This document shows positions 47,525 through 57,649 of a stretch of 64,000 nt of DNA, one piece after another. The position numbers were made by a program, and so were the translations under genes. Position 1 is the first letter of the stretch; each line of letters opens with the position of its first letter. Below the pieces are notes generated by a model. The model was not told the origin of the DNA and searched no databases. It worked only from the letters and a program-made list of their open reading frames with translations. This DNA comes from Candidatus Caldarchaeum sp. GTDB lineage: Archaea > Thermoproteota > Nitrososphaeria_A > Caldarchaeales > Caldarchaeaceae. Location of the stretch: NCBI GenBank assembly GCA_038885755.1, contig JAVZZH010000002.1, positions 1 to 64,000 on the forward strand, in the 5' to 3' direction.

Positions 47525-48883
47525 GTGGCTGTCGACCTTGTTGTAAAAAATGGAATAATCGTGACTTCTGAAGGGATGTTTGAAGGATACTTAGCGGTTG
47601 ATGAGGGCAAGATAGTCTCGATAGGAGTCGGAGCTGAAACTCCTCAGGCTGACAGGGTGATTAACGCCTCGGGGCTGTTCGTTCTCCCCGGCATAATCGA
47701 CGCCCACGTCCACTTCCGCGAGCCGGGCCTCGAGTACAAGGAGGATTTCAGGACAGGCTCGATGGCGGCCGCTGCGGGAGGAGTTGCAACCGTCGTCGAC
47801 ATGCCCAACGTCGTCCCACCTACTCAGGACGCTCAAACCTTCAAGCTTAAGCTGGAGAGAGCGCTCCAGAAATGTCTGGTCGATTTCGCGATACTGGGAG
47901 TCGTGATTCCAACAAACATAGACAGGATCCAAGAGATGGCTAGAGAGGGGGCGATAGGTTATAAGATATTCATGGGCGAAACCACCGGCAACCTTCCAAG
48001 CCCCGACGACTGGGAGCTCATACGTGCTTTCGAAGAGGTTGCTAAGACCGGGCTCAGGGTGTGCGTGCATGCGGAGAACAAACCCATAACCACTCACCTC
48101 GTCAACGAGCTCAAGAAGATGGGCCGCGCCGACCCGCTGGCACATTTAGAATCACGTCCAGCGATCTCGGAGGAGGAGGCGATAATGAGGGCTGTGGTCT
48201 TCGCGAAGCCGTTCCGGACGAAGCTTCACATCGTCCACGTAAGCTCGAAGAACGGAGTGGAGGCCATCAAGCTAGCTAAGAGCATGGGGCTTCCAGTAAC
48301 GGGAGAGACCTGTCCTCACTATCTTTTGCTGGACGGGGTGGAGGCTGTGAAGAAGTATGGGTCGATGATTAAGATGAACCCGCCGGTGAGGACTAGAGAC
48401 CATGCAGAGGCTCTCTGGCAGGGGTTGAAGACAGGTGTTGTGGACATAATCGCCACCGACCATTCACCGCATTCACGGGAGGAGAAGTTCAGGGATAGCA
48501 TCTGGGAAGTCATGGCTGGCGGGCCCGGGGTTGAGACGATGCTGCCTTTGATGCTGAACGAGGTTAGCGGGGGAAGGATTACTCTGACCGAGGTTGTGAA
48601 GTACATGAGCGAGGGGCCGGCGAAGGTCTGGAGCATGTATCCTCAGAAAGGCAGCATCAGGGTCGGAGCTGACGGAGACCTGACGATAGTCGACATGAAC
48701 AGACAGCACACCATCAAGGCTGAGAACCTCCACAGCAAGAGCAAGCTAACCCCGTTCGACGGCTGGACCGTGAAGGGTTTCCCGGTCTACACCATAGTGG
48801 GCGGCCGTGTGGTCATGGAGAACGGCGAGGTCTACGAGGACGGTGGACGTGGAAAGCTCATAAAACCCCTGAAAAACCAGTGA
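47525..48883 (+). CDS. Cyclic amidohydrolase (allantoinase/dihydroorotase family)
   Basis: PGIIDAHVHFREPG, DMPN, YKIFM, VHAE, HIVH, ETCPHYL, KMNPP and TDHSPH; GTG start 47525. Confidence 0.9.
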   Translation: MAVDLVVKNGIIVTSEGMFEGYLAVDEGKIVSIGVGAETPQADRVINASGLFVLPGIIDAHVHFREPGLEYKEDFRTGSMAAAAGGVATVVDMPNVVPPTQDAQTFKLKLERALQKCLVDFAILGVVIPTNIDRIQEMAREGAIGYKIFMGETTGNLPSPDDWELIRAFEEVAKTGLRVCVHAENKPITTHLVNELKKMGRADPLAHLESRPAISEEEAIMRAVVFAKPFRTKLHIVHVSSKNGVEAIKLAKSMGLPVTGETCPHYLLLDGVEAVKKYGSMIKMNPPVRTRDHAEALWQGLKTGVVDIIATDHSPHSREEKFRDSIWEVMAGGPGVETMLPLMLNEVSGGRITLTEVVKYMSEGPAKVWSMYPQKGSIRVGADGDLTIVDMNRQHTIKAENLHSKSKLTPFDGWTVKGFPVYTIVGGRVVMENGEVYEDGGRGKLIKPLKNQ

Positions 48884-49152
48884 GACATTTTTCGCCGGCT
48901 GAGGCGGTTTCGAGCGGGGGTCGTGGGTTGGCGGGCATGCAGCATGGCTTGTAAGGCTGAACCTAGCCAGCTTCGCAGCCCTCTGCAGCGTCTGGGGCAC
49001 TAGCATTACAGGGTTGGCTGAGAGGATAGACGTCAAGAAAGCGGGGGAGTTTCTGCCGGAGAGCACGGCTGACTACCTTAAGGGATTGGCTGAGGGGGCT
49101 TCAATACCCTACAAACACCTCTTGGCATAACGGGAGGCTGGCTCCTAGGTAG

Positions 49153-49384
49153 TGCACCGTGCTTTTTGCGATGGGCGACTCCATGGAGAACGGGAACACT
49201 ATCATGCTGAAGAACAGCGAGAAAATAGGGTCCGAAAAAGGAGATAAACGTCGCTGTTGCCGAAAAACCAGACAACGGTCATGCTTTCATCGCCGTGGCT
49301 GCCGCCGGAGAAGCCTTCATCAAGATGGGGCTGAACGAGAGAGGGGTTGCTGCGGGAAGCAACATCTCGAGGATTGGGAGCTGA
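49153..49384 (+). pseudogene. Ntn-hydrolase (peptidase C45/C69-like) remnant
   Basis: CTVLFAMGDSMENGNTIMLKNSE, then frameshifted MGLNERGVAAG. Confidence 0.5.
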
Positions 49385-49566
49385 AGCAGAAGAAGGTTGA
49401 CTTGGGCTGAGGGCTCTGGACAGAGGTTGGCTGATGCGTGAGGGGATCTCGAGGAACTCGTGTGCACAGGGAGCCACGTCAACAGCCCTAGCCCGTCTTC
49501 CATGTCGACGCCGGGAAACATCGCGTTCTTCGCCCACGAGGTAATGCCGCGATATTCCTGAAAGGT

Positions 49567-50739
49567 TCAGCTCAAGACCCTGTCTGTCTGCGACAGCCTG
49601 AAAACACCAGCCTTGAACGTACAGCCAAAAACCTCAACCCTCTCCAACGTCTCTTCAACAGCTTTCTCAACACCCAGCTCAACCCACTTCTCCTCCACAC
49701 TCCTCCAGTCAGCGCTCGTAGCCGGATGCCGGGCAAGTAATGAGCAACAGTCTTTGTACTGCTTCTGCACCACATCCAACAAGCCGTACCTCCCGGCGAG
49801 CTCGATTATCTCATCCTTCCCCATACCGATCAAGGGCCTGAACACCGGAACGTCTGCAGAGGTCTTGACTGCGGCGATGTTGTCGATGGTCTGGGAGGCG
49901 GTCTGAGCCAAGCTGTCGCCTAAAGCCACGGCCCTGTATCCTCCACGCTCCACAATCTTAAACGCTGTTGCCAGCATGTATTTCCTGAAAAGGAGGAGCT
50001 CCAGCCTTGTCCGGCTTCCCAGAACTATGCGGTAGAACGGGGTGAAGTCAGCCATGTAAAGCCTCGTCCTCAACCCGTACAGGGTAAGCCTCTCGACCAG
50101 CTCTTTCATCTTCATCTCGAGGGCTTCCTGCGACGACCTGTAGCTGTGGAAATGGAGAAAATCCACGCGGCAACCTCTTCGCATGAGCAGAACGGATGCC
50201 GTGGCTGAATCAACTCCTCCCGAGAGGAGGCAGAGTACGTTGCCGCTGCTGCCGACGGGAAGCCCTCCAAAACCCCTCACCTTCTCAACGTACAGGTAGG
50301 CGTTGTTCTTAGTTACTTCAACGTAGAGCTTCTTCTCGTTTTTACACACCTTTACTCCGAGCCGTGTCCGCACAATCTCAGCCAGCTGCCTGCGCAGCTG
50401 CTGCGACGTAAAAGGATGCTGCTTGTACGACCTCTTGACATCTATGTCCACAGCGGGCGGAGGAGGGTCTAAAACCTTCAACGCCGTCTCGCTTATCTCT
50501 CCGGCCTCCGGGCTGCATCTGTACCCAACACCTATGTGGCTCACTCCAAACATTTTCCTCAACAACTCCACCGCTGACGTAGACGGGTTGTAGAGAACAA
50601 GCCTGTTCTCGTCCCTCACCAAACGTACGCCACGGCCCAGAACTTGTCTGATGTTGTCGGCTAGCTTCATCTCAAAATAAGACCTCTTCCTACCCTTCAG
50701 CACTATCTCCGAATGATGAACCACTAAGACTCTCTCCAT
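49567..50739 (-). CDS. thiI: tRNA 4-thiouridine synthase
   Basis: HSEIVLKG, THUMP domain, GGLPVG, LLSGGVDS PP-loop, GDSLAQTASQT, RPLIG and DCC. Confidence 0.93.
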   Translation of the reverse strand: MERVLVVHHSEIVLKGRKRSYFEMKLADNIRQVLGRGVRLVRDENRLVLYNPSTSAVELLRKMFGVSHIGVGYRCSPEAGEISETALKVLDPPPPAVDIDVKRSYKQHPFTSQQLRRQLAEIVRTRLGVKVCKNEKKLYVEVTKNNAYLYVEKVRGFGGLPVGSSGNVLCLLSGGVDSATASVLLMRRGCRVDFLHFHSYRSSQEALEMKMKELVERLTLYGLRTRLYMADFTPFYRIVLGSRTRLELLLFRKYMLATAFKIVERGGYRAVALGDSLAQTASQTIDNIAAVKTSADVPVFRPLIGMGKDEIIELAGRYGLLDVVQKQYKDCCSLLARHPATSADWRSVEEKWVELGVEKAVEETLERVEVFGCTFKAGVFRLSQTDRVLS

Positions 50740-50823
50740 CCACTCCAGCCCGAATCAAGCCGTTTTAAAATTGTTTATCCTCGAACGAACATGGACCATC
50801 TACCACAGATCGACGCCCGGCTT

Positions 50824-51090
50824 TTATCGAAGACCAACGGACCGCTCAAGCCCTGCAACTTTGTCCAATACAAACACGAGAATAAGGGTGAACGCCATCA
50901 GCAGGGTTGAGGCCACTGCTACGGCTGGGTCGAAGACAGCCTTCAGGTAAGCGAAAAGCGCCGCCGAAAAAGTGTAGTTTCTGACGTCCGACAGAAAAAC
51001 GCTCACCGCGTAATCGTTCATAGATACTGCAGAGGAGAATACCAGCGATGCGAGAAGCCCCGGCTTAACAAGAGTCAGCGTTATGTGCAT
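50824..51090 (-). pseudogene. C-terminal fragment of a PotC-like ABC permease
   Basis: HITLTLVKPGLLASLVFSSAVSMNDY..DPAVAVASTLL; N-terminal part absent. Confidence 0.7.
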
Positions 51091-51140
51091 GAATGTTTTA
51101 AGTTCGTTTCGGGCTTAATTAGCCTGTCTGGCTTGTATGG

Positions 51141-51425
51141 GTGTGGCGGGTTGTCGCCGTTTTCGCGCAAGAGTGGGGCTTTGCTGTGATAGGCTCGTTG
51201 GTTGTGGGTTCAGTTGTGCTGACTAGGTTCATCGGCTTGGGCGGGAGGCCTGAGAGAGCTGGGCGGGAGTCGTCGGGCGAGGTTGTTGCTCTGCCGAAGC
51301 CACGGCTCGACGGCCACCTGTCGGTTGAGGAGGCCATTCATCTCAGGAGGTCTCGGAGAGATTACGGGCCTGAGCCGCTGAGCCTTGAGCATGTTTCTTA
51401 GCTTCCCTGGGCTGCTAGGGAGTGA
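51141..51425 (+). pseudogene. Truncated SagB/nitroreductase-family gene
   Basis: TM segment plus LPKPRLDGHLSVEEAIHLRRSRRDYGPEPLSLEHVS, stop, then LPWAA. Confidence 0.7.
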
Positions 51426-51540
51426 CGATGCGCCATCTCTGGACGGGTTTGCGGACGGATTCGTTCACCTACTCCTAGCGGTCGAGCTCAGGTTCCTCAC
51501 AGCGTGATACGTTTTATAGAGGGAGGTGGTTTTTAACAGC

Positions 51541-52827
51541 ATGGCGGTTCTGCGGATAGGCGTCGACGACACAGACTCGCCCAGAGGAATGTGCACCACC
51601 TACGTTGGAGCTGTGATGGAGCGAAGGCTGCAGGGCATGGGGTTGAGGAGGCTGGAGTACAGCCGCCTGATCAGGCTAAACCCCTGCTGCCCGTTCAAGA
51701 CCCGTGGCAACGCAGCGGTCTCGCTTCACTTCGAGTGCCCGGAGTATCTGGTTGATCGGGCGGTTGATGTGGTTGTCGACACGGTTGAGGAGCTTTACGA
51801 GAAGGGGTACGGAGAGACCCAGCCGGGGGTGGTTGTGCTCATGGAGAGGGAGGTTCCAGCGAGTTGGCGGGATTTTGCGCTGCGAGCTGTTAGGGAGATG
51901 GTTGCGGTGGAGGAGGCGTTGGAGCTGGCTGAGGATGCCGGGGCTCTCGTGTACAGGTTCAACGGAGGCCGCGGCGTTGTCGGAGCGGTCGCCTCTATCG
52001 GATGCCCTCTCGAGAACCCCACGTACGAAGCCATAGCCTACAGGGCTAGGAAGAACTGGGGAACTGTGAGGAGGGTTGACATCAACTCCGTCGCACAACT
52101 CCACGCAGCCGGAGTGAGCTTCGACAGCTTCGACCCCGAAACCAACGAGCCGAGAATAACGCCTCACACACCCTGCCCGGTCTTGGCTGGGGTGAGGGCC
52201 CTTACTCCCGAAAACGCTTTGAAAGGCCTTTCGATGGTGAGGTTCCACGAAGAGGTTGAGCTCCTGACGGTCTACGCAACAAACCAAGCCACCGACATGC
52301 ATCTTACGAAGACCACCATCGCGGGCTTGAAGCCGTTCAGCAACGCAGTCGTGGAAGGCAGGATAGTCTCGAAGCCGCGTATCACTGCAGGAGGCCATGT
52401 CTTCACCGAGGTTGACGACGGCACGGGGGTGGTGACGTGCGCAGCCTACCGGCCCACAGGCCCTCTGAGGAGGGTTGTCGCCAGCCTCAGGCCGGGCGAC
52501 CGTGTGAAGATGATGGGGAGCGTGAAGCCCAAGCCTTCCGGGCTGACTCTGAACATCGAGAAGCTGGAGGTCTCTGAAGTGGTTGAATACATTGTCGTGA
52601 GGCCTCCTAGGTGTCCTTCATGCATGAAGAGGATGGACTCCGCTGGAAGGGGTAAGGGATACAGATGTAAGGGTTGCGGGGTGAGGCTGGATGATTCTTT
52701 CGGCGAGAGGACGGTTGAGAACCGTGCGCTCAACGCCGGGATGTACGAAGCATCGGTCTCCGCTCGACGACATCTGTCCAAGCCTTTATGCCTTCAGTCT
52801 ATCTTCCCTATGACGAACTCGCAGTAA
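51541..52827 (+). CDS. tiaS: tRNA(Ile2) 2-agmatinylcytidine synthetase
   Basis: IGVDDTDSPRGMCTTY, LIRLNP..KTRGN, TNQATD, OB fold GGHVF, zinc ribbon CPSC..CKGC and RRHLSKP. Confidence 0.96.
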   Translation: MAVLRIGVDDTDSPRGMCTTYVGAVMERRLQGMGLRRLEYSRLIRLNPCCPFKTRGNAAVSLHFECPEYLVDRAVDVVVDTVEELYEKGYGETQPGVVVLMEREVPASWRDFALRAVREMVAVEEALELAEDAGALVYRFNGGRGVVGAVASIGCPLENPTYEAIAYRARKNWGTVRRVDINSVAQLHAAGVSFDSFDPETNEPRITPHTPCPVLAGVRALTPENALKGLSMVRFHEEVELLTVYATNQATDMHLTKTTIAGLKPFSNAVVEGRIVSKPRITAGGHVFTEVDDGTGVVTCAAYRPTGPLRRVVASLRPGDRVKMMGSVKPKPSGLTLNIEKLEVSEVVEYIVVRPPRCPSCMKRMDSAGRGKGYRCKGCGVRLDDSFGERTVENRALNAGMYEASVSARRHLSKPLCLQSIFPMTNSQ

Positions 52828-53606
52828 GGGTCGCCTGCAGCTATGCACTTAGTTTCCTTACTCTTCTCCGACCCCACCAGCTCGCTGAAGATTCCGGCAA
52901 CAACTCCTCGGTGGAGGTTGCTGAAAGGCTTGCCGTAGTTCTTCACGAGGCTGCATTCGTAGTTGTCTTCCAGCTTTACCACAACTCGCCCAGCCTCCAA
53001 GTCTATGTTTACCTCCTTGACTCTGCTTGTTTTGTTCATCAACTGACGGTACTTGAAATGCTTCACTAATAGGTCGAGGTCCCCGCCTGTTATCTGCTTC
53101 AGCTTGTTCCAAATGCCCTTTCCTATGTTCAGGCCTATGTGGTAAAGTATAGCATCGCCCCCAGTCCCAAGCTGTCTCTTGATGCCCAGAATCATCTCCC
53201 CGTAGGCTGACTCTCTGTGGATTATCGCCCGCTCCCCCATGATACGCATGGGAAAATGATGCTCGTCGAACAGCATGTCGGGGAGCTGTTTACCGTAGTA
53301 GGTGATGTCCTTCACTACATTCAGCAGGCTGATGCTCTTCGCCAGCTGCTCGGCTGAGAACGGCTTGCCCGTCAAGTCGACGATGATGTTAACCTCCGCC
53401 ATCTCCCTCTCCCCGAGATAGCTCGCGTCGACGGTGTAGATGCTTACCACGTTCAAGCCGTAGGAGGCTATTACCGAGAAAACCTGTTGAAGAGCCCCCG
53501 GCACGTCGGCAAGCTTTACCGTGAAGAGGAAAACCTCCCGGTCGCCGCATAGGACAGCGAACGGGACCTCGAGGGGGAGAGGCATGGGATTTAACGGCCG
53601 GCGCAT
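52794..53606 (-). CDS. ACT + V4R domain protein
   Basis: DVPGALQQVFSVIASYGLNV (ACT); NYEC..HRG..ETKCIAAGDPYCEF (V4R). Confidence 0.88.
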   Translation of the reverse strand: MRRPLNPMPLPLEVPFAVLCGDREVFLFTVKLADVPGALQQVFSVIASYGLNVVSIYTVDASYLGEREMAEVNIIVDLTGKPFSAEQLAKSISLLNVVKDITYYGKQLPDMLFDEHHFPMRIMGERAIIHRESAYGEMILGIKRQLGTGGDAILYHIGLNIGKGIWNKLKQITGGDLDLLVKHFKYRQLMNKTSRVKEVNIDLEAGRVVVKLEDNYECSLVKNYGKPFSNLHRGVVAGIFSELVGSEKSKETKCIAAGDPYCEFVIGKID

Positions 53607-53659
53607 TATATATATGTAAAAAGCCTGTTAAACAGGTTTTCAGCGCTGTTTCGCCTCCT

Positions 53660-54652
53660 TCATTTTGAGAATATTTCAAGGATGGCGTCGTCAGCCAAGG
53701 CGACACCGTAGCCGGCGACCGCCCGGATGGCTCTTATGACCAGCCCGAGCGTGTGAGCTTCCTTCTCAGGCTTCTTGAGCAGCATTTTGAACACCTTCGA
53801 GTACAGCGTCCTGACTTGGTCCATGCTGTCGATTACGCCGCTGGCCAGAAGAAGGTCGTGCTTCAGCAGAGCCTTCAACGAGTCCTCCAGCATCTTGTCG
53901 GTTTTCTCAGCCATCTCCTTGATGACGGCAGCCATCTCGCCCTCACATCTCTCAAGCTCTTCAACCCTCTCAGCAATCTTCATGCAGTAGTACGCAACCC
54001 TGCCCAGCTCCCTCACGGCTATGATTCTCACCGCCAAGCTGGGAGCATCCTTGACCTTCACCATCTCCCGTACAGCGCTGCTCCTCAGAGCCTGAAAACA
54101 GACACGCATCATCAGACGATAGAGGCGAGTCAGCTCAGCACCACGCTCGTAAGCATCGTGCGCAAGCGTTTTATCACCGACTTGGAGAGCGTTGACAGCG
54201 TCTCGTAAAACCGCTCTAGAGAGCTGCGTGAACCGGTCCAGCAGCTGGTCCACCTCGAACTTCGAAGGGTCGACCAGAGACTGTAGGACCACACGGTCGG
54301 CGTAGTCCTCGACGATCTCGACGCCGACGAGGTTTTCAACAGATTCTCGCACGCTTCTCTTGTGGGCTAAACTCATCTTGCCGTTCGCGACTACCTGAGC
54401 AACGTCATGGCCCATGATGTAGAAGTTGACGATGGCGAGACCGAGAAGCTTGGGGTCCTTGAAGTCCGTTATCTTGATCGTCTTGCTGACGATGCTCTGC
54501 CTTGGTGTTGTGGGGGTAAGGACTATGCGGTCGTCCTCAAGCTCGACTCTTACGACGTGTTTCCTGTCAAGCCCCAGAGACTTGACGAACTGCTTGGGAA
54601 GCGTGACCATGTATGTTCCGCCGGCTGTTGTCTGAATTGTACGTACGAGCAT
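53660..54652 (-). CDS. phoU: AbrB-PhoU family regulator
   Basis: RTIQTTAGGTYMVTLPK AbrB domain followed by two PhoU helical repeats. Confidence 0.85.
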   Translation of the reverse strand: MLVRTIQTTAGGTYMVTLPKQFVKSLGLDRKHVVRVELEDDRIVLTPTTPRQSIVSKTIKITDFKDPKLLGLAIVNFYIMGHDVAQVVANGKMSLAHKRSVRESVENLVGVEIVEDYADRVVLQSLVDPSKFEVDQLLDRFTQLSRAVLRDAVNALQVGDKTLAHDAYERGAELTRLYRLMMRVCFQALRSSAVREMVKVKDAPSLAVRIIAVRELGRVAYYCMKIAERVEELERCEGEMAAVIKEMAEKTDKMLEDSLKALLKHDLLLASGVIDSMDQVRTLYSKVFKMLLKKPEKEAHTLGLVIRAIRAVAGYGVALADDAILEIFSK

Positions 54653-54756
54653 GGCTGCAACCGTCTATTGTGTAATTTATGCATTATGTATAGAGATCAT
54701 CCATAAACTTACAGGCGATACGTATAAATTATCCACCACCGCCGTAAACAACCAAC

Positions 54757-56040
54757 ATGAACCCGCTTCTAGAAGCCCAAACACCTGAAGAGCTCGAGAA
54801 GGTCTGGAAATCGCCGCGATGGAACGGCGTCGTCAGAAAATACTCGGCTGAAGACGTGCTGAGGCTTCGTGGAACTTGGAAGGTAGACCACTCAATAGCC
54901 CGCATGGCTTCCGAGAAGCTCTGGAAGCTTTTGAACACGTCCGACTACGTCCTCACGGCGGGAGCCCTGACGGGAAACCAGGCCATCCAACTCGTGGAGG
55001 CAGGGCTCAAAGCAATATACTTAAGCGGCTGGCAGGTAGCCGCAGACAACAACCTATCCGGAAACATGTATCCAGACCTTGGACTCTACCCCTCCAACAG
55101 CGCACCACACCTCATCACCAGCATACTGAAAGCACTCCAGAGAGCCGACCAGATACAACACCTCGAGCAGCGAGAGAAGAAGATAGACTATTTCGCACCC
55201 ATCGTAGCAGACGGCGAAGCCGCCTTCGGAGGCCCCCTCCACGCCTTTGAGCTGACGAAAGCCATGCTGGAGGCCGGTGCTGCAGGCGTGCATTACGAGG
55301 ACCAGTCCCCCGGCGAGAGAAGATGCGGCCATCTGGGGAGCAAGGTGCTCGTGCCTACGAACCGGTTCATAAGCATCCTCACCGCCGCAAGGCTCGCGGC
55401 CGACGTCCTAGGCGTGCCCGCTGTCCTGATAGCTAGGACCGACGTGATTGGAGCGAGATACATCACGAGCGACGCCGACGAAGTCGACCGGCCATATCTT
55501 ACTGGCTCGAGAACCAGCGAAGGCTACTTCGAGGTGAGGAGCGGGATAGACATGGCTGTGTCGAGAGGACTGGCCTACGCGCCCTACGCAGACATGGTAT
55601 GGTTCGAGACTTCAAAGCCGTCCTTGGAGGAGGCCAAGCAGCTGGCCGACGCCATTCACAGAAAGTATCCGGGCAAGATGCTTGCATACAACCTGTCGCC
55701 TTCGTTCAACTGGGTTAAGCTTCTGGACGCCGAGACGCTGCGAGAATTCTGCAGGAAGCTCGGCCAGATGGGGTATAAGTTTCAGTTCATCACGCTGGCG
55801 GGCTTCCACACCCTCAACTCGTCGATGTTCGAGCTGGCCAAGAACCTTGAGGAGCACGGCATGCTGGCTTATGCGGAGGTTCAGAAGAAGGAGATTGAGC
55901 TTGAGAAGAAAGGCTACAGAGCCTTCAAGCACCAGCGATTCGTCGGAGTACACTACTACGACGAGGTTTTGACAGCTGTAGAGGGGCGTGAGACCATAAC
56001 AGCCCTGTCCAACTCGACTGAAAGCTCCCAGTTCACCTGA
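54757..56040 (+). CDS. aceA: Isocitrate lyase
   Basis: YLSGWQVAAD, MYPD, PIVADGE, HYED..RRCGH, ARTD, WFET, YNLSPSFNW and FQFITLAG. Confidence 0.95.
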   Translation: MNPLLEAQTPEELEKVWKSPRWNGVVRKYSAEDVLRLRGTWKVDHSIARMASEKLWKLLNTSDYVLTAGALTGNQAIQLVEAGLKAIYLSGWQVAADNNLSGNMYPDLGLYPSNSAPHLITSILKALQRADQIQHLEQREKKIDYFAPIVADGEAAFGGPLHAFELTKAMLEAGAAGVHYEDQSPGERRCGHLGSKVLVPTNRFISILTAARLAADVLGVPAVLIARTDVIGARYITSDADEVDRPYLTGSRTSEGYFEVRSGIDMAVSRGLAYAPYADMVWFETSKPSLEEAKQLADAIHRKYPGKMLAYNLSPSFNWVKLLDAETLREFCRKLGQMGYKFQFITLAGFHTLNSSMFELAKNLEEHGMLAYAEVQKKEIELEKKGYRAFKHQRFVGVHYYDEVLTAVEGRETITALSNSTESSQFT

Positions 56041-56052
56041 CGGCGTCCAAAG

Positions 56053-57621
56053 ATGTTGCTGCTGAGAGAAGTCCCGCCTTCAGGCAGGGAAGTTCTCAGC
56101 AAGGAAGCCGTCGACTTCGTGGAGCAGCTTGTCCGAGCACACAGCCCAAGCCTTAACAATCTCATGCATCAGCGGAAAGAAGTCGCGGAAGCTCTCCGCA
56201 GCGGAGGAAAGCTGGACTTCCCAGCCGAGACAGCGGACGTTCGCAGGTCAAGCTGGAGAGTTGCGGAAATACCTCAGGACCTCGAAGTCAGGCATGTTGA
56301 GATAACGGGGCCGGTTGACAGGAAGATGATGATCAACGCCTTAAACTCGGGGGCCGACGTCTACATGGCTGACTTCGAGGACTCGTTTTCACCCGTATGG
56401 GAGGCTACTGTGCAGGGCCAGCTAAACCTGATGGACGCGGTGCGGAGAACGATCGAATACAGGGGCCCTGACGGAAAACGCTACGAGCTGGCGGAAAAAA
56501 CAGCAACCCTCGTGGTCAGACCGCGCGGGCTACACATGCTTGAGAAAAACGTGAGCGTGGACGGGTCATCGATTCCGGCTGCTCTGTTCGACTTCGGAAT
56601 ATACCTTTTCCACAACGCCGAGGAGCTGGTTAGAAGAGGCTCAGGCCCCTACTTCTACCTCCCCAAGCTGGAGAGCTACCTCGAGGCAAGATGGTGGGCT
56701 CAGGTGTTCAGGGACGCCGAGAAAGCTCTAAACCTGAGCCACGGAACGATAAAGTGCAGTGTTTTGATAGAGACTATCACAGCGGCTTTTCAGATGGACG
56801 AGATTCTGTACGAGCTTCGGGACTACGCCACGGCGCTCAACCTCGGGCGGTGGGATTACATCTTCAGCTTCATCAAACGCCTTGGACACGACCCGCGGTA
56901 CGTCATGCCAGACCGAAGCCTTCTCACGATGGACAAGCATTTCCTCAAGTCGGCCGCGCTGCTACTTGTTCAGACATGCCATCGGAGGAGAGCCTACGCC
57001 ATAGGAGGGATGGCTGCGCAAGTACCCATACGTGGAAACCCTGAGGCCCAGCAGAAGGCTTTCGACAAGGTTAAGGAGGATAAGCTTCGAGAGATTTCGC
57101 AAGGGTTCGACGGAGCTTGGGCGGCTCATCCAGACCTAGTCCCGCTCGTCAAACGACTCTTCGTCGAAAACGTAAAGGGCCCCAACCAGCTCAACATCAG
57201 GCACGAGGGCCTCGTCATAACTGCCGACGACCTTCTCCAAATCCCTTCGGGCGAGAGGACGGCTGAAGGCATGAGGGCGAACATGGAGGTGGGGCTCCGC
57301 TACCTCGAATCATGGCTGCGTGGAAACGGCTGCGTCGCGATCAACTTCCTGATGGAGGACGCTGCAACTTTCGAAATAGCTCGAGCGATCATCTGGCAGT
57401 GGGTCAAGCACGGCGCCAAGCTCTCCGACGGCCGTGTCGTCACAGCCGAGGTTTTCGAGGAGGAGCTGTCGAAGGTGTTGACGAAGCTGAGGAACGAGAT
57501 GGGAGAGGAGAAATACAGGACGTCGAGATACGGCCTCGCAGCCGACATCCTGCGGCAGACAGTTCTAGCCAGCGAGTTCGTCGAGTTCACCCCGCCCATC
57601 GCCTACAGATACATCGACTAG
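56053..57621 (+). CDS. aceB: Malate synthase A
   Basis: EITGP, MADFED, RPRG, GPYFYLPK, LIET, GRWDYIFS, GGMAAQ and LMEDAAT. Confidence 0.96.
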   Translation: MLLLREVPPSGREVLSKEAVDFVEQLVRAHSPSLNNLMHQRKEVAEALRSGGKLDFPAETADVRRSSWRVAEIPQDLEVRHVEITGPVDRKMMINALNSGADVYMADFEDSFSPVWEATVQGQLNLMDAVRRTIEYRGPDGKRYELAEKTATLVVRPRGLHMLEKNVSVDGSSIPAALFDFGIYLFHNAEELVRRGSGPYFYLPKLESYLEARWWAQVFRDAEKALNLSHGTIKCSVLIETITAAFQMDEILYELRDYATALNLGRWDYIFSFIKRLGHDPRYVMPDRSLLTMDKHFLKSAALLLVQTCHRRRAYAIGGMAAQVPIRGNPEAQQKAFDKVKEDKLREISQGFDGAWAAHPDLVPLVKRLFVENVKGPNQLNIRHEGLVITADDLLQIPSGERTAEGMRANMEVGLRYLESWLRGNGCVAINFLMEDAATFEIARAIIWQWVKHGAKLSDGRVVTAEVFEEELSKVLTKLRNEMGEEKYRTSRYGLAADILRQTVLASEFVEFTPPIAYRYID

Positions 57622-57649
57622 GTTCCCATCCTGGCCGGCCAAAGCCTGC

